From contig CBFFRQ010000171.1 of the NCBI GenBank assembly GCA_965644315.1, forward strand, positions 1-54,954: 54,954 nucleotides of DNA, in the 5' to 3' direction. The position numbers were made by a program, and so were the translations under genes. Below, one piece after another: positions 19,386-31,440 of this stretch. The stretch comes from Caecitellus pseudoparvulus. Lineage: Eukaryota > Protista > Bigyra: Bicosoecida. Position 1 is the first letter of the stretch; each line of letters begins with the position of its first letter. Under the pieces are notes generated by a model that made no database searches, was not told the DNA's origin, and was given only the letters and a program-made list of their open reading frames with translations.

Positions 19386-22300
19386 ATGGCCAGTAAAGAC
19401 GCGGTTGGAGCTGCTGATTCCACCAGCTATGATGATTTTGCTGTAGTCAGTGAGCCTTCCTTGCAGGCTGGCGCATCTGCGGAATTGGACGCAAGCACAC
19501 GTGGCGTGGCAGAGACTTCGCACGAGTCAATTCCCGATGAGATTCCTTGCGATGGAGATCACCTTCTGGAGATCATTGGCACAGGCCAGGTCGAAGCAGT
19601 CAGCGCTGCCCTGCAACGCAGTCAGGCCTGGGTGAGCCAGCTGGTCAGGTTTGGAGGTGACTCATGGCGCGACCCTACCTGGCCGTTGGCCATTGCGGCC
19701 AGCGCCCCGGAGGCGGCAGCGTTCGAGATCGCTCTCATGATGCAGCCGATCATGTCCAATTTCCCTGAGCAGGCTGCTGCTGCAATGGTCTGCGCGGTGA
19801 GGGCAGGGAATTGGGATCTGGTCAGATTCCTTGCACAACACGTGAAGGACGCAGAGCCCTCCATTGCCCAGGAGGCCTGCTCCGAGAGTATCGATAGCTT
19901 CATGTACCATGTGTCCACTGAATTGGATTCCGGAGTCGACGAGCGCACGTCCTCAAAGGGGTCCTCTGGCACTGTGGACTTGCTGAAGGCGCTGCTCACG
20001 GCGTGCACGTGGACCAAGAAGCAGCTGGTCAAGTTGCTCATTGTCGCGCTACGGTCAGGCCTCGCCACTTTTGTTGAAGTCCTTGTGGCAGAAGGTGCAG
20101 ATCTCACCTTTACAGACAGTTGGGGGAGATCTGCGCTGCATTTGGGTGCCCTTTCAGCTCGCCTGGCCATGGTGAGGTGGCTGCTTCAGCAGCCTCACTT
20201 TCAGAGTGCTTCTGCTGTGAATGCTCAGTCCCGGCACGGTGAAACTCCGCTGTATTCAGCGCTGCAGTCATCATTCAGCAGCGGGGCACAGAACCGTGAC
20301 GTTGTTGCCGTGTGCAAGGAGCTGTTGGAGGCAGGGGCTGATGCGAAGATTCTCGCGGCTCGCGGTCTTTCAATGCTGCACGTCGCTGCTTCGCACCGAC
20401 ACAAAGCTGCTATTCCTCTTCTTGTCAGCCATGGTGCGGATCCAAACTGCCAAGACCTTGACACGCGCAGCGCCCTTGCGTACGCAACCCTTGCCTCCAA
20501 CCCAGAATCAGGGGAAATGGTGGAAGAGCTGTTGCGGGTCGGTGTAGACCCAGCCCTGGGGTCCATGTGTCCGCTCGTGTTCACCGTTGACACCGGCACT
20601 CAGACCCGGTTTATGTCGAACACTAGTGCAAAAGAGTTCCGTGTCCTTTCTCGCGCGTGGAAGAACGAGCATGAACAGCCGTTCCCGATGCAGCTGACCA
20701 ACTGGCCGCCTTTGCTGGACGCGGTCGCTTCAGGAAGTGCTTTTGCTGCAACTCCACTCCTGAAGGCTGCCCCGCTCGTCACAAATCGGTGTGGGATTGG
20801 TGCTTTGCATGTTGCCGTGCTGTACAACCAATTGGAGCTGGCCGAGGCCTGTATCACTGCAGGCGTGTCTGTGAATGGCAGCGCTGAGGCCATGGCCCCT
20901 CCGCCGCTCCACTGGGCTGTCGAAGGACAGCATATCGAGATGGTCAGGTTCCTTTTGCGAAGCGGTGCGGATTGTTTGGGGTTAAGCCAGCGCCTCTGCA
21001 CGCCCTTGCACGTCGCTGCTGCTGTCGGGGATGTGGAGATCTGCACTGAGCTGTTGCGGGCTTGCCCTCAGGCGCTGGGAGCTCATGACATCCAAGGCCA
21101 GACACCCCTACACTACGCAGCGAGAGCAGGGGCAGGAGGCGCCGTTGGTTGCCTGCTGGCAGCTGGGGCGTCGCTAGTCACCATGGACGCCTCGGGTCGC
21201 CGCCCATGTGATTGTGCCGCCACCTCCGATCTCAAAGCTGAGCTTACACCCTTGCCACCACGCATCAGCCCTTCAGCGCTACTCCCAGCGACAGGGACCT
21301 GGTGCATAACTCAGTGGACTCCAGGTGCCCCTGAACCCCCTGCTGCTGCAGTGTTTTTATCAGCAAAGGATGCACTCCGAGCCGTTGCTGCCCTCCCTGA
21401 AGGTGTTCAAGCTGCCGCTGCCTTCTCCGCCTCGATACAGCTTGATGGCCATGCAAGCGCTGTTGGGGCAGGCGGCTTTGGTGACGTCTCTCTAAAAGTG
21501 CTCAAGCGTTCTGGCCTGCCATGCGCCGTGAAAGCCCTGCGTGTAGGTTCTGGGACGCATGCCCTTGCCGCACAGCGGGAGCTTGCATACGAAATACGCG
21601 TGCAGTCCTCCATCATCGCCCCTGCCACGCTTGCGAGAGTGCTGGGGGTGGTGCAGTCTGCGCCTGTGCCGGGCGAGGCCGCTGGGGGGTTGTCGGCTGT
21701 GGCAGAGTTTGTGCCTGGTTGCCAATGGACGTGGGTTGCGGAGGAGCTGGGACAGAATCTTCCAAGCCGTGCGAAGCTTGGGCTGGCCCTGTCGCTGCTG
21801 GAAGCCATCATGAACCTGCACAGCCAAAGCGTCGCCCATCGAGATGTACACAGTGGGAACGTCATGGTGGAAATCAACCCAGCCGGGGCGCTGCGAGCGC
21901 GGCTGGTGGACTTCGGCTTGTCGTACCCTTGGTCGCTTCGAGCCGACGGCTACGCCGCCACAGTCTTGCAGAAGCTGCACTTGGGGCTAAGCCCCCCTCA
22001 AGGATCCGCATTTGTGGTGAAGTATGCTCGGCACACCAAGGAGTGGCAGCAGCTGGTGGACTTGTTCGGAGCTGCCTGTCTGTTGACGTGGCTCGGGGCC
22101 ACAGGCGCTCCACCCTTCAGTGGGTGGATTCCTCAGCACGGGAGTTTCGCGCACTCCCTGCACCCTCTCTGGGTTGAAGGGGCCCCATTCATGCAGACAC
22201 AACTTGGGCAGGCGGTGCGGCTGCTATTGGGAGCCTGTGGTGTGACAGTCAAGCCCTCGTCTGCCGTCAACGCCAGCCAGACTGCACCCGGATCCACTGA

Positions 22301-22415
22301 AGATCAGGCTGAGTATGGCGACTTTGCATTTGAAGCCTCCCACGTGGACGCAGTTCAAATTGACAGTGTCACCGCCCTCGCTCGTGCGATGGAGCAGCTG
22401 GAAGTGGCAGAGTGA
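19386..22415 (+). CDS. Ankyrin-repeat protein with C-terminal protein kinase domain
   Basis: Repeats GRSALHLGA, GETPLYSAL, GLSMLHVAA, PPLHWAV, TPLHVAA, GQTPLHYAA; kinase GAGGFG, AVK, HRDVHSGN, DFG. First ATG at 19386 (MASKDAV). Confidence 0.9.
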   Translation: MASKDAVGAADSTSYDDFAVVSEPSLQAGASAELDASTRGVAETSHESIPDEIPCDGDHLLEIIGTGQVEAVSAALQRSQAWVSQLVRFGGDSWRDPTWPLAIAASAPEAAAFEIALMMQPIMSNFPEQAAAAMVCAVRAGNWDLVRFLAQHVKDAEPSIAQEACSESIDSFMYHVSTELDSGVDERTSSKGSSGTVDLLKALLTACTWTKKQLVKLLIVALRSGLATFVEVLVAEGADLTFTDSWGRSALHLGALSARLAMVRWLLQQPHFQSASAVNAQSRHGETPLYSALQSSFSSGAQNRDVVAVCKELLEAGADAKILAARGLSMLHVAASHRHKAAIPLLVSHGADPNCQDLDTRSALAYATLASNPESGEMVEELLRVGVDPALGSMCPLVFTVDTGTQTRFMSNTSAKEFRVLSRAWKNEHEQPFPMQLTNWPPLLDAVASGSAFAATPLLKAAPLVTNRCGIGALHVAVLYNQLELAEACITAGVSVNGSAEAMAPPPLHWAVEGQHIEMVRFLLRSGADCLGLSQRLCTPLHVAAAVGDVEICTELLRACPQALGAHDIQGQTPLHYAARAGAGGAVGCLLAAGASLVTMDASGRRPCDCAATSDLKAELTPLPPRISPSALLPATGTWCITQWTPGAPEPPAAAVFLSAKDALRAVAALPEGVQAAAAFSASIQLDGHASAVGAGGFGDVSLKVLKRSGLPCAVKALRVGSGTHALAAQRELAYEIRVQSSIIAPATLARVLGVVQSAPVPGEAAGGLSAVAEFVPGCQWTWVAEELGQNLPSRAKLGLALSLLEAIMNLHSQSVAHRDVHSGNVMVEINPAGALRARLVDFGLSYPWSLRADGYAATVLQKLHLGLSPPQGSAFVVKYARHTKEWQQLVDLFGAACLLTWLGATGAPPFSGWIPQHGSFAHSLHPLWVEGAPFMQTQLGQAVRLLLGACGVTVKPSSAVNASQTAPGSTEDQAEYGDFAFEASHVDAVQIDSVTALARAMEQLEVAE

Positions 22416-22708
22416 GGAGCTGCGTTGAATCGTGACGGGGTGCGAGGCCAGGGGCAGCGAGACGAATCGTTTGCTCTGACACTGTCAGACGTGCTCGCAC
22501 ACAATTCAGTCGGTCTGCAATAATGCCAGCTTGAGGGATTCCCTAATAAGGCATCCACTTTGCGATATTTCCGGATCGCGTCGGCTTGCAAGGCTGGACG
22601 TGCCTCGCGTATCGGAGTTGCTATTTCCGCTGCCAAGTGGCAGCGTCGGTCTGCTGCTGCGTGCAATCAGAGCAGCTATTGAAGGCCCAGGGTGGCACGA
22701 TACACACT

Positions 22709-25700
22709 ATGCAGCGGACAAAGCATGCAACCATCCGGAGGTCTGCATTCCTCGTAGTTTGCGCCCTCGTGGGCCTTTTCATGGTGAGTGGCCCACGCCC
22801 CTCCCCCTCGCACTTCTGCTGTGACCGGAAGCGCCTGAACGCGCTGTCAAGCAGGCTTGTACGCCAGCTGTTGCATCGGAAGAAACAACAAGTTCGCTTG
22901 CGTGGGGCAAGTTCGAGGAGGGCGAGAGGCAGGCAGAGAGAGAAAGGTTCAGGGAACAAGCTCAGCAAGACAACTTGCCTCCGATCGAGGCTGGCCGACC
23001 GACCCGCGTGACAAAGCAAACCACGCCTCCAGAAGTGGAAGGAGATGATGTTTATCATCACCTTGGTAAACCAGACCCAGGTATTCTTGAACCAGAGAAA
23101 GACAGGCGCTTGCTGGATACGTCTGGACCAAAAGAGCCCATCGCAACCTCCGGACATGTTGGCAAAGCTTTGCATGCAGAGACACTCAGCTCAATCGACA
23201 GACTTCAATTTGTCGACACAACTCAGTCACAACGTAAGCCGCGCAAGGCTGGTGGTCATTATGGGAACACGCCAGGCGAAGGTGATGATGGTGGGGCCAA
23301 GCCAGGCGAGGGTGGTGCTAGTACAGGGGCCAAGCCAGGTGAGGGTGGTGCTAGTACAGGGGCCAAGCCAGGTGAGGGTGGTGATGGTGTGGCCAAGCCA
23401 GACGAGCGTGATGATGGTGGGGCCAAGCCAGGTGAGGGTGGTGCTGGTGGGGCCAAGCCAGGTGAGGGTGGTGCTAGTACAGGGGCCAAGCCAGGTGAGG
23501 GTGGTGCTAGTACAGGGGCCAAGCCAGGTGAGGGTGGTGATGGTGTGGCCAAGCCAGACGAGCGTGATGATGGTGGGGCCAAGCCAGGTGAGGGTGGTGC
23601 TGGTGGGGCCAAGCCAGGTGAGGGTAGTGCTAGTACAGGGGCCAAGCCAGGTGAGGGTGGTGCTGGTGGGGCCAAGCCAGGTGAGGGTGGTGCTAGTACA
23701 GGGAGCATGACGGGCGAAGGTGATGATGGTGGGGCCAAGCCAGGTGAGGGTGGTGCTGGTGGGGCCAAGCCAGGTGAGGGTGGTGATGGTGGGGCCAAGC
23801 CAGGTGAGGGTGGTGATGGTGGGACCAAGCCAGGTAAGGGTGGTGGTGGTGGGGCCAAGCCAGGTGAGGGTGGTGCTAGTTCAGGGAGCAAGACGGGCGA
23901 AGGTGATGATGGTGGGGCCAAGCCAGGTGAGGGTGGTGATGGTGGGGCCAAGCCAGGTGAGGGTGGTGCTAGTACAGGGAGCAAGCCAGGTGAGGGTGGT
24001 GATGGTGGGGTCAAGCCAGGTGAGGGTGGTGATGGTGGGGCCAAGCCAGGTGAGGGTGGTGATGGTGGGGCCAAGCCAGGTGAGGGTGGTGCTAGTACAG
24101 GGAGCATGACGGGCGAAGGTGATGATGGTGGGGCCAAGCCAGGTGAGGGTGGTGCTGGTGGGGTCAAGCCAGGTGAGGGTGGTGATGGTGGGGCCAAGCC
24201 AGGTGAGGGTGGTGATGGTGGGGCCAAGCCAGGCGAGGGTGGTGCTAGTTCAGGGAGCAAGCCAGGTGAGGGTGGTGATGGTGTGGCCAAGCCAGGTGAG
24301 GGTGGTGATGGTGGGGCCAAGCCAGGTAAGGGTGGTGCTAGTACAGGGAGCATGACGGGCGAAGGTGATGATGGTGGGGCCAAGCCAGGTGAGGGTGGTG
24401 ATGGTGGGGCCAAGCCAGGCGAGGGTGGTGCTAGTTCAGGGAGCAAGCCAGGTGAGGGTGGTGATGGTGTGGCCAAGCCAGGTGAGGGTGGTGATGGTGG
24501 GGCCAAGCCAGGTAAGGGTGGTGCTAGTACAGGGAGCATGACGGGCGAAGGTGATGATGGTGGGGCCAAGCCAGGTGAGGGTGGTGCTGGTGGGGTCAAG
24601 CCAGGTGAGGGTGGTGATGGTGGGGCCAAGCCAGGCGAAGGTGGTGCTAGTTCAGGGAGCAAGCCAGGTGAGGGTGGTGATGGTGTGGCCAAGCCAGGTG
24701 AGGGTGGTGATGGTGGGGCCAAGCCAGGTAAGGGTGGTGCTAGTACAGGGAGCATGACGGGCGAAGGTGATGATGGTGGGGCCAAGCCAGGTGAGGGTGG
24801 TGATGGTGGGGCCAAGCCAGGTGAGGGTGGTGATGGTGGGGCCAAGCCAGGCGAGGGTGGTGCTAGTTCAGGGAGCAAGCCAGGTGAGGGTGGTGATGGT
24901 GGGGCCAAGCCAGGTGAGGGTGGTGATGGTGGGGCCAAGCCAGGTAAGGGTGGTGCTAGTACAGGGAGCATGACGGGCGAAGGTGATGATGGTGGGGCCA
25001 AGCCAGGCGAGGGTGGTGATGGTGGGGCCAAGCCAGGTGAGGGTGGTGATGGTGGGGCCAAGCCAGGTAAGGGTGGTGATGGTGGGGCCAAGCCAGGTGA
25101 GGGTGGTGCTAGTTCAGGGAGCAAGCCAGGTGAGGGTGGTGATGGTGTGGCCAAGCCAGGTGAGGGTGGTGATGGTGGGGCCAAGCTAGGTGAGGGTGGT
25201 GATGGTGGGGCCAAGCCAGGTGGGGGTGGTGATGGTGGGGCCAAGCCAGGTGAGGGTGGTGCTAGTACAGGGAGCATGACGGGCGAAGGTGATGATGGTG
25301 GGGCCAAGCCAGGTGAGGGTGGTGATGGTGGGGCCAAGCCAGGCGAGCGTGATGATGGTGGGGTCAAGCCAGGTGAGGGTGGTGCTGGTGGGGCCAAGCT
25401 AGGTGAGGGTGGTGATGGTGGGGCCAAGCCAGGTGAGGGTGGTGCTAGTACAGGGAGCATGACGGGCGAAGGTGATGATGGTGGGGCCAAGCCAGGCGAA
25501 GGTGGTGATGGTGGGGCCAAGCCAGGTGAGGGTGGCGATGGTGGGGCCAAGCCAGGCGAGGGTGGTGCTAGTTCAGGGAGCAAGCCAGGTGAGGGTGGTG
25601 ATGGTGTGGCCAAGCCAGGTGAGGGTGGTGATGGTGGGGCCAAGCTAGGTGAGGGTGGTGATGGTGGGGCCAAGCCAGGTGAGGGTGGTGATGGTGGGGC

Positions 25701-28041
25701 CAAGCCAGGTGAGGGTGGTGCTAGTACAGGGAGCATGACGGGCGAAGGTGATGATGGTGGGGCCAAGCCAGGTGAGGGTGGTGATGGTGGGGCCAAGCCA
25801 GGCGAGCGTGATGATGGTGGGGTCAAGCCAGGTGAGGGTGGTGCTGGTGGGGCCAAGCCAGGTGAGGGTGGTGATGGTGGGGCCAAGCCAGGTGAGGGTG
25901 GTGCTAGTACAGGGAGCATGACGGGCGAAGGTGATGATGGTGGGGCCAAGCCAGGCGAAGGTGGTGATGGTGGGGCCAAGCCAGGTGAGGGTGGCGATGG
26001 TGGGGCCAAGCCAGGCGAGGGTGGTGCTAGTTCAGGGAGCAAGCCAGGCGAGGGTGGTGATGGTGGGGCCAAGCCAGGTGAGGGTGGTGATGGTGGGGCC
26101 AAGCCAGGTGAGGGTGGTGATGGTGGGGCCAAGCCAGGTGAGGGTGGTGATGGTGGGGCCAAGCCAGGCGAGGGTGGTGCTAGTTCAGGGAGCAAGCCAG
26201 GCGAGGGTGGTGATGGTGGGGCCAAGCCAGGTGAGGGTGGTGATGGTGGGGCCAAGCCAGGTGAGGGTGGTGCTGGTGGGGCCAAGCCAGGTGAGGGTGG
26301 TAATGGTGGGGCCAAGCCAGGTGAGGGTGGTGATGGTGGGGCCAAGCCAGGTGAGGGTGGTGATGGTGGGACCAAGCCAGGTGAGGGTGGTGCTAGTTCA
26401 GGGAGCAAGCCAGGTGAGGGTGGTGATGGTGGGACCAAGCCAGGTGAGGGTGGTGCTAGTTCAGGGAGCAAGCCAGGTGAGGGTGGTGCTGGTGGGGCCA
26501 AGCCAGGTGAGGGTGGTGATGGTGGGGCCAAGCCAGGTGAGGGTGGTGATGGTGGGGCCAAGCCAGGTGAGGGTGGTGATGGTGGGGTCAAGCCAGGTGA
26601 GGGTGGTGATGGTGGGGCCAAGCCAGGTGAGGGTGGTGCTGGTGGGGCCAAGCCAGGTGAGGGTGGTGATGGTGGGGCCAAGCCAGGCGAGGGTGGTGAT
26701 GGTGGGGCCAAGCCAGGCGAGGGTGGTGCTAGTTCAGGGAGCAAGCCAGGTGAGGGTGGTGATGGTGGGGTCAAGCCAGGTGAGGGTGGTGCTAGTACAG
26801 GGAGCAAGCCAGGCGAGGGTGGTGATGGTGGGGCCAAGCCAGGTGAGGGTGGTGATGGTGGGGCCAAGCCAGGTGAGGGTGGTGCTGGTGGGGCCAAGCC
26901 AGGTGAGGGTGGTGATGGTGGGGCCAAGCCAGGTGAGGGTGGTGATGGTGGGGCCAAGCCAGGTGAGGGTGGTGATGGTGGGGCCAAGCCAGGTGAGGGT
27001 GGTGCTAGTTCAGGGAGCAAGCCAGGTGAGGGTGGTGCTGGTGGGGCCAAGCCAGGTGAGGGTGGTGATGGTGGGGTCAAGCCAGGTGAGGGTGGTGATG
27101 GTGGGAACAAACCAGCTTTTCCTTCCATGTCAAGTACTTTGTCAAGTCCATATGCATCTGTCAGTGCAGTTCCTTCTTCCTCTGTAAGCCCTAGTACATC
27201 ACCAACAACAACTTGCACCCCCTCGCGAACAGCCTCGTCTACTCCAGCTCCAACGAAGTCTGTGTGGGATCCTGCACCTTCTTCTTCTTCAAGGGCAGCT
27301 CCATTCCCTTCCCTTCGTCCACTGCCTTCCCAGCAGCCGGCAGTGCCGGTCCCCCCTGTCGCAAGCGCTTCTTCAGCACCCATTATTGCACCCGCACAAG
27401 ATGCTACAGTGCAGGTAGGGGACGTGTCGTCCAGTTGGGGGTGGGGCGTGGTTTTTGTGTTAATGGCTGCCATGGGTGGTGCTGCATTCGTCATGGTCCG
27501 CCGCGCTCGCTCTGGCAGCTCAGACGTCGTTTCACGCGTGCTGCGCAGTGTTCTGCCCGAGGCACTGGTCGCCCGCACGGCCCAGCACCGCAATACTCCG
27601 CCCCGAGATGCCTCTGAGGCAGCCACACTGCTACATCACACTGACGGAGATCAAGTGGGGGATGCTTCTGGGTGGGATTGGGACGATGAAGGGGATGGGG
27701 AGTGGGCGACTGTGCAGGCAGCACCAGAGCCAGTGAGTGGGGGAGTGGACACGCCGTCAGCGGTTGCTGTCCCGACAGCCACAGCAGCAGCAGTTGCGGC
27801 TGCACTGAGTGCTGAGCCTGATGGTTGGGAGGTAGACGCAGAACTGGGCTTGGATGATTCGTGGGCTGCCCCGGAGCCAGCAGCAGAGGTGCCAAGCACC
27901 ACCGGTACCGCCTTCCAGCAGCCGGTTGAGCCTGCTGGGGGCGGAGCTGACGGTGTTGCGGGGCAAGCCCCAGGTGCGGCTGCCGTGAAATTAGAAGGCG
28001 TAGCCGACGATGAGTTTGACGGGTGGGATGATGACTGGTGA
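22709..28041 (+). CDS. Type I membrane protein: signal peptide, long Gly-rich [10 protein letters not shown] repeat ectodomain, Ser/Pro/Thr stalk, TM helix, acidic Trp-rich tail
   Basis: Exon 1 22709-22783 ([25 protein letters not shown]), intron GTGAGT..GCAG 22784-22854, exon 2 continues in phase ([10 protein letters not shown]...) into ORF 22975-28041; [23 protein letters not shown] followed by RRAR; ends FDGWDDDW. Confidence 0.85.
23272..27115 (+). repeat. Coding minisatellite of 30-bp and 33-bp units ([10 protein letters not shown] / [22 protein letters not shown] variants)
   Basis: aagccaggtgagggtggtgatggtggggcc and variants repeated over ~3.8 kb, more than 100 units. Confidence 0.97.
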
Positions 28042-28042
28042 G

Positions 28043-28635
28043 TTACTCCCCAGCAGCCAAGTCTCGAATGGAGCTGCTCCCCTCCTCCACCGCATCGAGC
28101 AAGGCGGTGTAGGACGACACGACGGCGTGCAAGTGAGCGCTGTGTGCTGAAGCCGCACGGACTTGTCGAGAATGTGCACACGAAAGGTCCGCCAGCTGCT
28201 TCAATTCATGTGCAGATGGAAGTGGGCAGAGCGGCTCATGAAAGGGGCAGCCCTCCACAGCACTTGCAGCTGGCGCCCGGGCGAGGACTTTGGCTTTCCC
28301 GAGCAGCGCTGCAGTTGATTCAAGCCTAGGGAGGGCGCTCTTCAGCAACTCTATCTTCGCACTTCGGGGCAGCAAAGTGTACATAGGGCTTGTGAGCGAC
28401 CCTTGGGCAGCACCTGCGGCAACGCCAGAGAGTGCGGAAATTGGAGGATAGCCAAACGCCACCGAGCAAATGCAGGAGAATGTGCGGTGGTTCGCTTACA
28501 CTGAGAGGATGGCAAAGATGGCCACGATGCAACTTCTTTCTCAAGTCGCGTGACTCGCTCCACAGCATTGCGGCTTGCGAGCTCTTCGAGCACTTCTACT
28601 CGGCGTGAAAGGGCTTCCAGCCCTGAGGATGACAT
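28043..28635 (-). CDS. DCTN3: Dynactin subunit 3 (p22/p24)-like protein, two exons
   Basis: Exon 1 28635-28500 (MSSSGLEALSRRVEVLE...), intron GTAAGC..GCAG 28499-28414 restores frame into AKIELLKSALPRLESTAALL...LKQLADLSCAHSRQ...VVSSY; size and pattern resemble DCTN3 by eye only. Confidence 0.55.
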
Positions 28636-28904
28636 GCTGCGTGGAATGCCTGCCAACAAGCATCAGTAAGGCACGTGAACGCGATTCCGAATGGTGTCAT
28701 CGTATTCACAGTTCTGTCGATTATGTCAGTCGAATTTTACCCGCCTTGGCCCTTCGCACTGCGCTTGGCGGCGCTCAGAAACATCCAGAGACCCGCCGCC
28801 CGGCTCCGGCCCCTATCTGAGCAGCCCAGCAGCCTTCCAAACGGCTTTTGAGGCACTGCGCCCCTCCCCTTTGTACTGCGAATTCGCACACTCCATTCAC
28901 CGCT

Positions 28905-31029
28905 ATGCCTTGGCGGAGCAGCGTGAGTGTCCACTATACTTGCGGGAGCAGTCTCAACGCTAGCCCACATGCAAATCAAAGCCGGTCCCATTCACCTTCC
29001 CGAACCACGGAGCCCTGGGTGGTCTCACTCAAGGAATGCCCATCACACGCCTTGTTCACCTAGTACAAGGCCATGGAGGCAGTATCTCTGCCAGGCACTG
29101 TGGAGGATGCGCAACAGCACCAGCTGCTTGCTGACCTTGTCAGCCAACGCAAGGCCAGCATCGAAGCAAGCCGGCGCCACGGAGCCATGTTCAACGGCCA
29201 GTTCTTCCGGCAGCTGCTGCCTTATATGGAGGAGTTCAAAGTTTTGTCCAAACGCAAGGTGGACAGCCTCATGGGCAAGCCTGAGCACGTTGTGGAGCGC
29301 AGTTTGAGCACACGGGAGCTGCTGGAGCTTGCAATCAAATGGGGCATCACAGAAAGCCCAGCTGCGTTCTGGCGAGACCACAAGACCAAGCAGCAGCTGG
29401 TCCAGCGACTGCGGGAAGCAAAGGCCGAGCTGGAGTATGTCCCGCCTGAGCAGGAGGAGGGCATGATCGAAGTGGGGGAAGGGTGAGGCTGGCCATGGCA
29501 AAGATCGCGAGTCACTTCCGACGGAGCCACGCACTCTCGCGCACAGCACTACGGAGCGCACCACCCGCCGTGATGAGGAACAGGAGGAAAAGTCACGTCT
29601 TCAACGCAGACAGAGCCTGCAGGTGCTCGGGCAAGTCATGACGTCGCCGGGGTACCATGGCGACAAGTTTGGACAGCGAGGTGCGGAACTTGCTCCCCGG
29701 CGCCAGCTCTGCCCACCTCACCGTGGGCTGTGCGCTCCCATTTGCAGGGGACTACACGGAAGGGCTCATGTACTCCATCCGAAGGCGCTCAGTTGAAGTC
29801 AGCCCAGTCGCGCCGCATGCAGGCGGCGGTGCGGGGGGGGTAAGCAGCCCACGAAGGGCAATTGCAGGTCAGGCTGGCCTCGCACCTGCCCATCGCTGCT
29901 TCCCTATTCACAGTTGACCCAAGCACAGTGGAAACAACTGCAGAGTATGGAGTCGGGGAGAGATGAGGGCTCTCCAAGCAGCACAGCCCGTGGCGCCGAC
30001 AGCGATTCCCCGGGAAGCAAGGCTGATGAAAGCCGGAGCAGCCCACTACCCTCAGCCCGAGGGGCGCAGGTGCACTCGCATGAACATCCATACCTAGAGT
30101 ACGCATCCCACCAAGGCAGCGGGGGCCATGGTGGTGGGTCCCCGGTATCGCCGACTGCAGCGCGCATTCACGGTCTGCTGGCGGAGCGTGAGAAGCAGCG
30201 CCTCCCCGCACTGAAGGGCGGGCAGCTGCTCTCCCTTGAGGACTGGGTTCAGCGAAACACAGAGGCCACAGGTGCATCTCCAACTTTCCATTCACACCTT
30301 GAAGAGGCATTTGCAACTCGGAGTCTGCACCAGGCCATGGGCATGGGCGACTTGCTTGGCGACAGTGCAGTGCGTTTTGACGACCAAGGCACAGCGCGTG
30401 AAGACCCAGATAAGGCCATTCTAGCTTCAAAAATTCTGCGAGGTGCATCCTGTGACCACCCACTCCCATCACCTGACATTTTGTCCAGGTCCAAGGCCAA
30501 AGTCTCTCTGTACTCGCGTCCGCTGCAGCGCCAGCCGCCAAGCTCGGTGCAACTGACCCCCAGAGAGGCCCTGCAAGGGACGTACCCACCCATAGCAGGG
30601 CTGGTAGCAGCCAAAGAATCTGTGCGGGAGCGGTATGGGTATAGTAGCGTCGAGATTCACCAAAAAGCCCGCCGGGAGTCCGAAAGCAGGCTCGATGCTG
30701 GAGGTTCGGGCCGAGGAGCAGGCCGTCTCCAATCTCCCGCCCGAGCAAGCCCAAACAAACAGCAGGCACTGGACGGGCATTCGACGCGCACTCCTTCACG
30801 TGGGCAACGTCAAGGCCAGAGAGATCACCGGGCAGAGCAGGATGCCATGCAGGGAACTCTTGGGGCCGCCAGCGGTCCCATTCCGTCACCCATGCTGCTG
30901 CCCTCACCATCTGGGGCGATTCTGGATGCAGCCATTGGTCCCCAGTCTTCCTTCATTGCGCCCAATCTCAGCTCCCTCGGCAGCATTGGAAACCTGGCAA
31001 GTCCCGTGGCGTCTGTTGAGCGCCTTTGA
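28905..31029 (+). CDS. Hypothetical protein, multi-exon
   Basis: ORF blocks 29073-29486, ~29748-29839 and 29914-31029 bounded by GTGAGT/GTGAGG/GTAAGC donors and YAG acceptors; no recognisable family. Exon structure tentative. Confidence 0.5.
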
Positions 31030-31440
31030 GCTGGCGCAGGGCATATGGGGCCGCCACGCCCCTCCCAGCACTTGCTGAATGTCCCAAAATGCACGGGCCA
31101 CGCTTTCCCGCGGTGCCTGCACCACCCTTTGATGTTCATAACTGTACGGTAGCCGAGCCCTTGCTTGTCGTGACCGCGCCGTGAGCTGTGGCACAGGCTG
31201 GCAAGAGCCACCGGTCGCCAGTCTTGCTTTGCAAGCATTCGCCAAGCCCCACGCCGTTTAGCAGGAAGCCGGCGAGGCGCAGTCGCAAAGAGTGGGAGTG
31301 TTCCCTTGCGCTGGGCCCAGCACGACTGCCCACCTCTGCCAGGTGACTCAGGCGCCGTCGTCGACTGGGCAGCGGGGTCCGTCGCTGCTTTCACGCGCAC
31401 AAGTCACGGGAAGCTGCCCGCCGGCCCCAGGGCTTGAAGC

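Noticed and set aside
23259-27626. 1455-aa extensin-like ([10 protein letters not shown]) - strand ORF and the [10 protein letters not shown] frames
   Set aside because: Antisense and alternate-frame shadows of the Gly-rich repeat; only the + frame has signal peptide, TM and tail.
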